DNA from: an uncultured Sphingomonadales bacterium
GTDB lineage: Bacteria; Pseudomonadota; Alphaproteobacteria; Sphingomonadales; Sphingomonadaceae
Assembly (NCBI GenBank): GCA_903839675.1
Contig: CAIMDB010000035.1
Location: 116,975-180,974, forward strand
Length of the DNA stretch: 64,000 nt
Reading direction: 5' to 3'
The notes below the pieces were generated by a model that was given only the letters and a program-made list of their open reading frames with translations, made no database searches and was not told the origin of the DNA. Made by a program: the position numbers and the translations under genes. Positions 10,587 to 19,059 of the stretch are shown piece after piece; positions within the stretch are counted from its first letter, which is position 1; the number at the start of each line of letters is the position of its first letter.

Positions 10587-10610
10587 TCCCTCCCCCCATA
10601 GGGAGAGGGA
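10587..10610. repeat. Short CCCTCYCCC/GGGAGAGGG hairpin, probable relic of the repeat family seen in truB
   Basis: tccctccccc-cata-gggagaggga fills most of the infB-rbfA spacer. Confidence 0.4.
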
Positions 10611-10616
10611 TACCGG

Positions 10617-13136
10617 TTAAATCGTGCGTTCGCGTTCTTCGACCTCGAAGGTTTCGAGGTAGTCACCCGCCTTGATGTCAGTGTGCGATTCAAACGTCAC
10701 ACCACATTCCAGACCGGCGCGAACTTCGGGGACATCGTCCTTGAAGCGACGCAGCGAGGAGATCGACCCGTTGTAGATGATGACATCGTCGCGGGTGATG
10801 CGCGCGCGCAGCGCCTTGCGGATGAAGCCATCGACGACGAGGATACCAGCCGCCTTGCCATGCTTGCCTGCGGGGAAGACGTCCTTGATTTCGGCGCGGC
10901 CAACGACCGTTTCGAAATATTCGGGGCCAAGCTGACCGGCCATGCCGGCGCGGATATCGTCAAGCAGATCGTAGATGACGTCGTAATATTTCAGCGCAAC
11001 GCCATTGCGTTCGGCAATTTCGCGGGCCTTGGCATTGGCACGAACGTTGAAGCCGATGATTGGCGCACCCGATGCGCGCGCCAGTGTGACGTCGCTTTCG
11101 GTGATGCCGCCAACGCCTGCATGCAGCACGCGGGCCTTGATGTCTTCGTTCGGGATCTTGGCGAGGCTGCCGACAATCGCTTCCACGGTGCCCTGCACGT
11201 CTGCCTTGATGACCAGCGGATATTCCTGCGCCTGCTTTTCCTTGAGCGCGGAGAACATCGATTCCAGCGAGGCCGGGCCGCTGCCGGTCCGCTTGCGCGT
11301 GGCGACTTCGGCACGATAGGCCGCGACTTCACGGGCGCGTGCTTCGCTTTCGACGACGGTCAACGTGTCACCCGCCTGCGGAACTCCCGTCAGGCCGAGC
11401 ACTTCGACCGGCATGGACGGACCAGCTTCCTTGATCTGCATGCCCTTGTCGTTCGTCATCGCACGAACGCGACCGCTTTCAGCGCCAACGACGAAGATGT
11501 CGCCAGTCTTAAGCGTACCGCGCTGGACGAGGATCGTTGCAACCGGACCCTTGCCCTTGTCGAGCTTGGCTTCGATCACCTTGCCTTCGGCAGTCCGGTC
11601 CGGATTGGCCTTGAGTTCAGAGATTTCAGCCAAGAGCTGGATCTTTTCAATCAGGTCATCAAGCCCCGTCTTGGCCTTGGCCGAGACTTCGACATCCTGC
11701 ACGTCACCCGACATGGCTTCGACAACCACGTCATACTGCAACAGCTGCTCGCGCACCTTCTGGGCATTGGCTTCATGCTTATCGCATTTGGTGATGGCGA
11801 TGATCATAGGAACGCCAGCGGCCTTCACATGATTGATCGCTTCCACCGTCTGCGGCTTGGGGCCATCATCAGCAGCGACCGCGATCACGACAATGTCGGT
11901 CACGTTCGCACCGCGGGCGCGCATTTCGGTAAAGGCTTCGTGGCCCGGCGTGTCGAGGAAGGTGATCTTCGACTTGTCCTTCATCGTCAGCTGATAGGCG
12001 CCGATATGCTGTGTGATGCCACCCGCTTCGCCCGAGACGACATCGGTGCCACGCAGGGCATCAAGCAGTGAGGTCTTGCCGTGGTCAACATGGCCCATGA
12101 TCGCAACGACCGGTGGGCGCGTTTGCAACGTTTCATCGGCATCCACATCTACCTCATTGACGATGTCGATGTCGGAATCCGACACGCGGACGATGTTGTG
12201 GCCAAATTCGGTCACCAGCAGTTCAGCGGTGTCCTGATCAATGGTCTGCGTCAGGGTGACGGGCATGCCCATCTTAAACAGTGCCTTCACAAGGTCAGCA
12301 CCACGTTCGGCCATACGGATTGCGAGTTCCTGAACGGTGATCGCTTCCGGCACCTGCACATCACGGACTTGCTTGACGGACGGGCCTGCCTGATGGGCGC
12401 GCTTGTCCTTCTCACGCGAGCGACGAAGGGCGGCTAGCGAGCGGGCCCGAACGTCACCATCGTCGCCCAAAGCGCGCGTGACGGTCAGCTTTCCATGCTG
12501 ACGGCGGTCATCGACGACACGGCCACGGTTGGGACGCGCAGGCGCACCACCGGGGCGACGGGCGCCACGATCATCATCATCGCCAATGGGGGCTGTCGGC
12601 GCCGGAGCGGCGGGCGCATTGGCTGCACGCTCGGCAGCGAGAACCGCCTGACGGGCTTCTTCTTCAGCCAGAACACGGGCCGCCTCAGCAGCGGCTTCTT
12701 CGGCCCTGCGATTATCTTCGGCGCGACGCTTTTCATCTTCGCTGGATTCGCGCCGTTGAATATCTTCGCGGCGACGGGCTTCTTCCAGCATCGACAGACG
12801 CGCTTCTTCTGCCTCACGCAGCAACTTGGCCTGCATTTCCTGACGGGAAAGCGGTGGCTCATAAGGCTTAGGTGCGGGCGGCGGCGGTGGTGGCGCGGCA
12901 ACGACCGGCGCGGGCGCGGGTGCTTCAGCCACAACAGGCGCTTCAGCGACGGCGGGCGTTTCGGCGACTTCGGCCTCACCGGGCTTCCCGATGACGCGAC
13001 GGCGCTTCACTTCGACCACAACGGTGTTCGACCGCCCGTGGCTAAAGCTCTGCTTCACCTGGCCGGTTTCAACCGTCCGCTTGATACCCAGCGGTGCGCG
13101 CATGCCCAGCTTCGGTTTGTCGTTAGAGTCGCTCAT
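10617..13136 (-). CDS. infB: Translation initiation factor IF-2
   Basis: [45 protein letters not shown]. Confidence 0.98.
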   Translation of the reverse strand: MSDSNDKPKLGMRAPLGIKRTVETGQVKQSFSHGRSNTVVVEVKRRRVIGKPGEAEVAETPAVAEAPVVAEAPAPAPVVAAPPPPPPAPKPYEPPLSRQEMQAKLLREAEEARLSMLEEARRREDIQRRESSEDEKRRAEDNRRAEEAAAEAARVLAEEEARQAVLAAERAANAPAAPAPTAPIGDDDDRGARRPGGAPARPNRGRVVDDRRQHGKLTVTRALGDDGDVRARSLAALRRSREKDKRAHQAGPSVKQVRDVQVPEAITVQELAIRMAERGADLVKALFKMGMPVTLTQTIDQDTAELLVTEFGHNIVRVSDSDIDIVNEVDVDADETLQTRPPVVAIMGHVDHGKTSLLDALRGTDVVSGEAGGITQHIGAYQLTMKDKSKITFLDTPGHEAFTEMRARGANVTDIVVIAVAADDGPKPQTVEAINHVKAAGVPMIIAITKCDKHEANAQKVREQLLQYDVVVEAMSGDVQDVEVSAKAKTGLDDLIEKIQLLAEISELKANPDRTAEGKVIEAKLDKGKGPVATILVQRGTLKTGDIFVVGAESGRVRAMTNDKGMQIKEAGPSMPVEVLGLTGVPQAGDTLTVVESEARAREVAAYRAEVATRKRTGSGPASLESMFSALKEKQAQEYPLVIKADVQGTVEAIVGSLAKIPNEDIKARVLHAGVGGITESDVTLARASGAPIIGFNVRANAKAREIAERNGVALKYYDVIYDLLDDIRAGMAGQLGPEYFETVVGRAEIKDVFPAGKHGKAAGILVVDGFIRKALRARITRDDVIIYNGSISSLRRFKDDVPEVRAGLECGVTFESHTDIKAGDYLETFEVEERERTI

Positions 13137-13843
13137 TCGCTTTTCTCGCGTCCTTCAATCAAATCAACATGCGCCGCGCTCCCGTGGACCTCAGGCGCAT
13201 TTTGCGCAAGGCCATCGAGAGTTTGGCGTCCTATAAAATGGTGCCAGCGGTCTACCGCTTGCCCGACACGACCGGCTGCCAGCTTGTCTGTTACGGCAAT
13301 ATGGACAACGTTTTCGCGGCCCAAGGCTTGACTTAACATAGCGCGTCCGGCCGTAATTACCAGTCCCGCTTGGCCACTGCCCTCGCTTTCGGAGCCGACA
13401 CGCCAAGCCTGATCAAGCTTTCGGTTGCCATCGGTTCCTGCATCTTCGGCATGGATGAGCAGGCGGACCTTGCCAGCCCGCGCCGCTTCCGCAATCCGGT
13501 CAGACCCGGTCAGCAGCATACCCGCCCGTGATTCCAGACCCAGCCGGTCAAGCGCAGTGCGCGCTAGGGCCGCTTCGATAAGATCGGGCAGATCATCCGG
13601 AGCTGTCACGCCGCCTGACTTAAACGCACGCGCAAGCGCGCCTTTCAGTTTGCCCTTGGCAATCGCCTCTTCGAGCGCGGGACGGTCAACGCCAATCCAC
13701 GCGCCCCGGCCCGGAGCACGTGCGCGGACGTCAGGCGCGACAACATTGTCAGGCCCGACCGCGAGGCGAATGAGGCCCGATTTCGGACCCCGTTCACCTG
13801 TAATTATGCAACGACGTTCTGGTTCATGCTGAGGTTCCCGCAT
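13133..13843 (-). CDS. DUF448 (YlxR) RNA-binding protein fused to L7Ae-like domain
   Basis: PERRCIITG, LIRLAVGPD, PGRGAW; position between nusA and infB; start trimmed to MREPQHE. Confidence 0.85.
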   Translation of the reverse strand: MREPQHEPERRCIITGERGPKSGLIRLAVGPDNVVAPDVRARAPGRGAWIGVDRPALEEAIAKGKLKGALARAFKSGGVTAPDDLPDLIEAALARTALDRLGLESRAGMLLTGSDRIAEAARAGKVRLLIHAEDAGTDGNRKLDQAWRVGSESEGSGQAGLVITAGRAMLSQALGRENVVHIAVTDKLAAGRVGQAVDRWHHFIGRQTLDGLAQNAPEVHGSAAHVDLIEGREKSE

Positions 13844-15419
13844 CGGCGGTCTCCTCGTCGGCGAACCAGTGTGCACGGGCTGCCATGATGATCTCGTTGC
13901 CTTGCTCTTCCGACAGGGCATAATCTGAAAGCACGCCGCCGCGGGCTTCAGTGGTGTTGGTGCGGTTACGACGACCTTCATCGCGACGCTTGCGCTCAAC
14001 CAGTTCGTCGGTGGCAAGATCAGCCAGATCGTCGAGCGTCTTGATGCCGGCCTTGCCGAGCGTGACGAGCATCGCTTCGGTCAGATGCGGCAATTCAGCC
14101 AGAGCGTCTTCAACGCCCAAAGCCTGACGAGCCTCACGGTTGGCGATTTCGCGACGATCCAGCGATTCCTGCGCACGCTCCTGAAGTTCGGACGCGATTT
14201 CATCGTCCAGACCTTCGATGGAGGCGATTTCATCCGGCTGGACGTAGGCGATTTCTTCCATCGTGCTGAAGCCTTCGGCCACCAGCAGCTGGGCGAGCGT
14301 TTCATCAACGTCGAGTTCCTGCTGGAACATTTCCGACTTCTCGATGAATTCGCGCTGACGCTTCTCGCTCGAATCCGTCTCGGTCATGATGTCGATGGCC
14401 GAGGCCGTCAGGATCGAGGCGAGACGCACATTCTGGCCGCGACGACCGATGGCGAGGGAGAGCTGATCGTCAGGCACGACGACTTCGATGCGCTCTTCTT
14501 CTTCATCGATCAGCACGCGGCTGACGGTAGCGGGCTGGAGCGCGTTCACCACGAAGGTCGCCATGTCGGTCGACCAGGGAATGATGTCGATCTTTTCGCC
14601 CTGAAGTTCCTGCACAACCGCCTGAACGCGGCTGCCCTTCATGCCGACGCAGGCACCGACCGGATCGATGGAACCGTCATGGCTGATGACGCCAATCTTG
14701 GCGCGGCTTCCGGGATCACGGGCGCAGGCCTTGATCTCGATAACGCCGTCGTAAATTTCCGGCACTTCCTGTGCGAACAGCTTGCGCATGAAATCAGGAT
14801 GCGCGCGGCTCAGGAAAATCTGCGGTCCACGGTTTTCACGGCGGACATTGAAGATGAGCGCGCGGACGCGGTCATTAATGCGGAGCACTTCGCGCGGGAT
14901 CTGCTGATCGCGGCGGATAACGCCTTCGGCACGACCAAGATCAACCACGACATGGCCGAACTCAACGCGCTTGACGACGCCGGTGATGATTTCACCCGCA
15001 CGGTCCTTAAACTCTTCAAACTGACGCTCACGCTCAGCATCGCGGACCTTCTGGAAGATCACCTGCTTGGCGGCCTGAGCCGCGATGCGGCCGAACTCAA
15101 TCGGGGGCAGCGGATCAACAATGAAGTCACCAAGCGCGGCGCCCGGCTGCAGCTTCTGGCCGTCCTTCAGGCTGACCTGCTTGAAATAGTCATCTACTTC
15201 TTCAACGACTTCAACGACGCGCCACAGGCGCATGTCGCCGGACGTCGAATCGATCTTCGCGCGGATGTCATTTTCAGCACCATACCGTGCACGGGCGGCA
15301 CGCTGGATGGCGTCTTCCATCGCCTCAAGCACGATCGCCTTGTCGATCAGCTTTTCGCGGGCAACCGCGTCGGCAATAGCAAGAAGCTCAGCCTTATTGG
15401 CAGAGACGGCGTTGGACAT
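13824..15419 (-). CDS. nusA: Transcription termination/antitermination factor NusA
   Basis: FGRIAAQAAKQVI, ARDPGSRAKI, VGACVGMKGSRVQAV, AIGRRGQNVRLA. Confidence 0.98.
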   Translation of the reverse strand: MSNAVSANKAELLAIADAVAREKLIDKAIVLEAMEDAIQRAARARYGAENDIRAKIDSTSGDMRLWRVVEVVEEVDDYFKQVSLKDGQKLQPGAALGDFIVDPLPPIEFGRIAAQAAKQVIFQKVRDAERERQFEEFKDRAGEIITGVVKRVEFGHVVVDLGRAEGVIRRDQQIPREVLRINDRVRALIFNVRRENRGPQIFLSRAHPDFMRKLFAQEVPEIYDGVIEIKACARDPGSRAKIGVISHDGSIDPVGACVGMKGSRVQAVVQELQGEKIDIIPWSTDMATFVVNALQPATVSRVLIDEEEERIEVVVPDDQLSLAIGRRGQNVRLASILTASAIDIMTETDSSEKRQREFIEKSEMFQQELDVDETLAQLLVAEGFSTMEEIAYVQPDEIASIEGLDDEIASELQERAQESLDRREIANREARQALGVEDALAELPHLTEAMLVTLGKAGIKTLDDLADLATDELVERKRRDEGRRNRTNTTEARGGVLSDYALSEEQGNEIIMAARAHWFADEETADAGTSA

Positions 15420-15424
15420 GGGTC

Positions 15425-15952
15425 TTACCTTTCCACAGAAATGACGTCCGCACCCTCGGAAGAGAGCGGCGCGGTGGCTTTGATGAGCGCATCGGTCAGC
15501 AACAACTTGCCAGTACCGATCACGGAATAGGGTATGCGCACTGTTTCGCGCGTTTTCGACGTGATGATGACAATCACATCATTTTCCAGCTCGCAAAGAC
15601 GGCCTTCGACCTGCTTGCGGCCTTCAAAACCGTCTGGAATGCGCACGCGGGCATCAAAGCCCTTCCAGTCGGCATAATCTTCCAGCCGGGTGAGCGGACG
15701 GTCAATGCCGGGGGAGCTGACTTCCAGCCGATAGGCTTCCTCAATGGGGTCAAGCTCGTCGAACAAGTCGGATATGGCGCGTGACAGGGCGGCGCAGTCC
15801 TCGATGACCAGCTGGCGCGTGTCGGGCCGTTCGGCCATCACCTGCAGCGTGGGGTCGGTCGTGCCGCCGAACATCTTGACGCGCACAAGCCGCAACCCCT
15901 GAGCATCCGCCAGAGGTTCTATGAGTGCTGTCAATGCGGCGATATCCGCCAT
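15425..15952 (-). CDS. rimP: Ribosome maturation factor RimP
   Basis: IEDCAALSR, YRLEVSSPGIDRPL; first gene of the nusA-infB operon. Confidence 0.96.
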   Translation of the reverse strand: MADIAALTALIEPLADAQGLRLVRVKMFGGTTDPTLQVMAERPDTRQLVIEDCAALSRAISDLFDELDPIEEAYRLEVSSPGIDRPLTRLEDYADWKGFDARVRIPDGFEGRKQVEGRLCELENDVIVIITSKTRETVRIPYSVIGTGKLLLTDALIKATAPLSSEGADVISVER

Positions 15953-16218
15953 CGGGTCTCCGTCAATTTGGTCGCGTAAAAAACAATGCAGTCTCGGCGC
16001 CGGAACCGGTTGGTTCCGACCTCAACATTTATAACGATGTCGAGAAGACAATGGCTCTATAGCCTGCCGCGCGCCGGACGGCAAGCAGAGTCTCACCCGC
16101 CCGATATGCTGGCATGCGGACCAATCCCTAAGGCCAGCGCACTCAAATAAAACCTCCATAATCACGCTTTATTAATCCAATTTGGTTTTAATGGATTTTG
16201 CGAACAGTGGGGGTTCGA

Positions 16219-16542
16219 ATGTCTATCACAAGTCCTATTGCTGAAGACCGCAGAGAACCGCGTTGGCCGGTGTCGATGCCGTGCAAGCTGCGCTGGACGA
16301 ACGGCCTCAAAATGGATGCCGAAGTGATTGACATCACATCGGTGGGCTGCCGCGTACGTTACACTGGCCCGTCGCCGCGCTGCGGGTATCTGCTCTTGTC
16401 CTTCGGCAACTATAATTCTTTCGACGCAGAGATTGTCTGGGCAAAGGACGGCGAAGCGGGAATGGCTTTCCGCCCCGCCCTTCATGCCGCTGTGCTGGAC
16501 CATATCGTCCGCGCAAACCCTGCAGCCGAGCCAGACGCCTAA
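16219..16542 (+). CDS. Stand-alone PilZ domain protein
   Basis: RREPRWPV (RxxxR) and IDITSVGCRV (DxSxxG-like), AEIVWAKDGEAGMAF. Confidence 0.8.
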   Translation: MSITSPIAEDRREPRWPVSMPCKLRWTNGLKMDAEVIDITSVGCRVRYTGPSPRCGYLLLSFGNYNSFDAEIVWAKDGEAGMAFRPALHAAVLDHIVRANPAAEPDA

Positions 16543-16588
16543 ATCCCCTTCCGCCTATCCTTTGACGACCCGCCGCAATCGCGATAGG

Positions 16589-16603
16589 GAACATAAAAGG
16601 AAC
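16589..16603 (+). promoter_or_regulatory. Alphaproteobacterial LexA (SOS) box GAAC-N7-GAAC
   Basis: GAAC-ataaaag-GAAC, 20 nt upstream of the dinB ATG. Confidence 0.8.
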
Positions 16604-16622
16604 GATTGAACCGGCGGGAAGA

Positions 16623-17714
16623 ATGGACGAGGCGCACATCCGAAAGGTGATCCATATCGACATGGACGCCTTTTTTGCGTCGGTCGAACAGCGTGATGCG
16701 CCAGAACTTCGCGGAAAGCCTGTTGCGGTCGGCGGCGGCGGCGCCCGGGGAGTTGTGGCGGCGGCCAGTTATGAAGCCCGCACCTTCGGCGTCCGGTCTG
16801 CCATGCCTTCGGCCCGCGCACGGCGCCTTTGCCCCGACCTGATCTTCGTGCCCCCTCGCTTTGAAGTCTATCGGCACGTGTCCGGCCAGATCAGAGACAT
16901 TTTCCTGTCTTGGACGCCCCTCGTCCAGCCACTGAGCCTCGATGAAGCCTATCTGGACGTCACTGAAAACCTGAAGGGCGAACCATCCGCCACACGCATC
17001 GCCGAGGCCATCCGCGCCCAGATCAAGGCGAAGACGTCCCTCACGGCATCGGCAGGCGTGTCTTACAACAAGTTCCTCGCCAAAATCGCCTCAGACATGG
17101 ACAAGCCCGACGGGCTCTATGTCATCAAACCTGCACAGGGCGCGGACTTTGTGGCCGCGCTGCCGGTGCGCAAATTCCATGGGGTCGGCCCCGCGACAGC
17201 GGCGAAAATGGAAGGCTATGGCATCATCACCGGAGAAGATTTGCGCGCCCGCAGCCTAGATTTCCTGCAGCTCAAGTTCGGTAAAGCAGGCCATTATTAT
17301 TATTGGGCGGCGCGCGGCATCGATAACCGACCGGTCAATCCCAATCAGGAACGCAAATCCATTGGCAGCGAAACAACGTTCCGAAGCGACCTGACGACCT
17401 ATGAAGCGTGCATGGCGGAACTGCATGGGCTTATCGAAACAGTCTCGCGCCTTTGCAGCCGTCGCGATCTTGCGGGAAAAACGGTCACACTCAAACTCCG
17501 CTATGCCGATTTTCGCACCGTCACCCGCAGCCGCACGGTTTCCCGCCCGGTCAGCGATGCCGATACCATTCGCGACATTGTGGCGCTGCTGTTGAACGGG
17601 TTGATGCCATTGCCGCAGGGTGTGCGGCTGCTGGGGATCACTCTTTCAGGCTTTTCCGACTCGCGTCCGGACGCCCAAGCCCCCCAGTCTGGACTGTTCG
17701 GTCCAGAACTTTAG
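16623..17714 (+). CDS. dinB: DNA polymerase IV (Y family)
   Basis: IHIDMDAFFASVEQR, AASYEARTFGVRSAMP, LSLDEAYLD, NKFLAKIASD. Confidence 0.96.
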   Translation: MDEAHIRKVIHIDMDAFFASVEQRDAPELRGKPVAVGGGGARGVVAAASYEARTFGVRSAMPSARARRLCPDLIFVPPRFEVYRHVSGQIRDIFLSWTPLVQPLSLDEAYLDVTENLKGEPSATRIAEAIRAQIKAKTSLTASAGVSYNKFLAKIASDMDKPDGLYVIKPAQGADFVAALPVRKFHGVGPATAAKMEGYGIITGEDLRARSLDFLQLKFGKAGHYYYWAARGIDNRPVNPNQERKSIGSETTFRSDLTTYEACMAELHGLIETVSRLCSRRDLAGKTVTLKLRYADFRTVTRSRTVSRPVSDADTIRDIVALLLNGLMPLPQGVRLLGITLSGFSDSRPDAQAPQSGLFGPEL

Positions 17715-17859
17715 GGGCAGCGCCCAACTTTCGATGCCAAAATGACAGGACATGATTTTGACCAAGGCCCAGAAACATAGCCGCTTTCACGGTTAACCGA
17801 CCCTTTCCTATCGCAACGACGCCAAACTGGCATCGCTTCCGGTTGAGCGCGCGGAGCCG

Positions 17860-17928
17860 ATGACAGACGTTAAACCTCTGAACGTGGTTTTCCACGCTCG
17901 GGTCGCACAAACTTGTCACTACGCATAA
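17860..17928 (+). CDS. Candidate 22-aa small ORF (MTDVKPLNVVFHARVAQTCHYA)
   Basis: GGAG 4 nt before ATG, TAA 10 nt before a strong terminator; below ORF-track cut-off. Confidence 0.25.
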   Translation: MTDVKPLNVVFHARVAQTCHYA

Positions 17929-17938
17929 TGACAGTCAT

Positions 17939-17975
17939 GACGCAGGTGGACCCGCTCCACCTGCGTCCTTTTTTT
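17939..17975 (+). terminator. Strong Rho-independent terminator
   Basis: Perfect 12-bp stem gacgcaggtgga-cccgc-tccacctgcgtc followed by c and T7. Confidence 0.85.
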
Positions 17976-17998
17976 GGGCTCGCCCGAAGGGTTCAGAG

Positions 17999-18235
17999 AT
18001 GACACGCAAATCCATCGGCCTTCACAGAATAGCTGAACGCGCGACAATGCTGGATTTTGTTCACCTTGCTGCGATTATCAGCTGCTCGGCATGGACCGCC
18101 ACGCTCATCATCGAGGATCGTTTTGGTTCCGTTCAAACGGCCGCAGTGGAAATAATGCACGGCTTGCAGGCGGCCCCAGAAGGCCCAAGCCTCACCATCC
18201 GGCTAGACGAAGTTGGCAGATCTGCCGCGCGCTGA
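17999..18235 (+). CDS. Small hypothetical protein with one hydrophobic segment
   Basis: 78-aa ORF filling the gap before the convergent REC-REC gene; segment FVHLAAIISCSAWTATLII; no family recognised. Confidence 0.3.
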   Translation: MTRKSIGLHRIAERATMLDFVHLAAIISCSAWTATLIIEDRFGSVQTAAVEIMHGLQAAPEGPSLTIRLDEVGRSAAR

Positions 18236-18246
18236 AGCGCGGCACG

Positions 18247-19059
18247 TCAAAGCCCGTTTGCAAAGCTCACAATATCGGCGATCCGTGCGGGCTTAGACAG
18301 GCAGCCTGTTGGCATGATCGGCAGAGCGGAAATCTCTCCGGCATCAGGCGTGCGGCCACTCAGCACCAGAAACTTGATATGACGGGCGGCCAATTCTGGA
18401 TCTTGGGCAACCCGACGGATCAAATCCAGCCCGCTTTCCGTGCCCAGCCCCAGGTCAACCAGCGCACCCTTTAGCGATGGATATTCCCGCAGCTTGGCAA
18501 GGGCTGCATCGACCGTGCCAGCGCAGGCAGCAACATGTCCGAAGCTGTCGAACAACTCTGCCATCTCTTCAGCAAGGTCGGCTTCGTCTTCGACCACCAA
18601 AATGGCAGGCGCATCAGTTGCAACCGATGCCGTTCGCATAGCTGAGGCAGGAGGGACATCAGCTGCGGCTTGTACCGTCACCCGCGTCTCGACGCCTGAG
18701 AGATTTCGCTCAATAGCAGCCAACAATTCATCAAACGACACTGGCTTGATCAGGCATTCCTTCGCGCCAAGGCTGCGCAGCGTTTCAATCGTTTCATGGT
18801 CGCCATAGGCCGTCATCATGATCATGATCGGAGATGCGATGCGCGAGCTGCGCACCGCCTTCAGGATGCCAATGCCGCCAAGGCTGGGCAACTGAACGTC
18901 GCACACCACAAGGCGCGGGCGATAGAGTTCAATAGCGGCAATCGCCTCTCCGCCATCGCCCCGGTCGAGCACATCATATCCATCGCCCTGCAGCAGATCG
19001 ACAAGATCGAGCCGGAGAGCTTCTTCGTCCTCAACGATGAGGATGCGGGCGTCGGTCAT
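18247..19059 (-). CDS. Tandem receiver (REC-REC) response regulator without output domain
   Basis: ILIVEDE...CDVQLP...MTAYG...IKPV, then ILVVEDE...VDLGLG...LSG...SKPA; both Asp and Lys sites are intact. Confidence 0.88.
   Translation of the reverse strand: MTDARILIVEDEEALRLDLVDLLQGDGYDVLDRGDGGEAIAAIELYRPRLVVCDVQLPSLGGIGILKAVRSSRIASPIMIMMTAYGDHETIETLRSLGAKECLIKPVSFDELLAAIERNLSGVETRVTVQAAADVPPASAMRTASVATDAPAILVVEDEADLAEEMAELFDSFGHVAACAGTVDAALAKLREYPSLKGALVDLGLGTESGLDLIRRVAQDPELAARHIKFLVLSGRTPDAGEISALPIMPTGCLSKPARIADIVSFANGL

Noticed and set aside
5892-15530. Very long antisense ORFs (462, 693, 462, 481 aa) opposite pnp, rpsO/truB, infB and nusA
   Set aside because: Typical non-stop reverse frames of high-GC, strongly codon-biased genes; no recognisable motifs.
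16170-16192. AT-rich imperfect palindrome with two TTAA upstream of the PilZ gene
   Set aside because: Spacing is N12, not the N7 of a CtrA site; may be regulatory but cannot be assigned.
16205-16225. GGGTTCGAAT resembling a tRNA T-loop
   Set aside because: No cloverleaf can be built; it is the RBS/start region of the PilZ gene.
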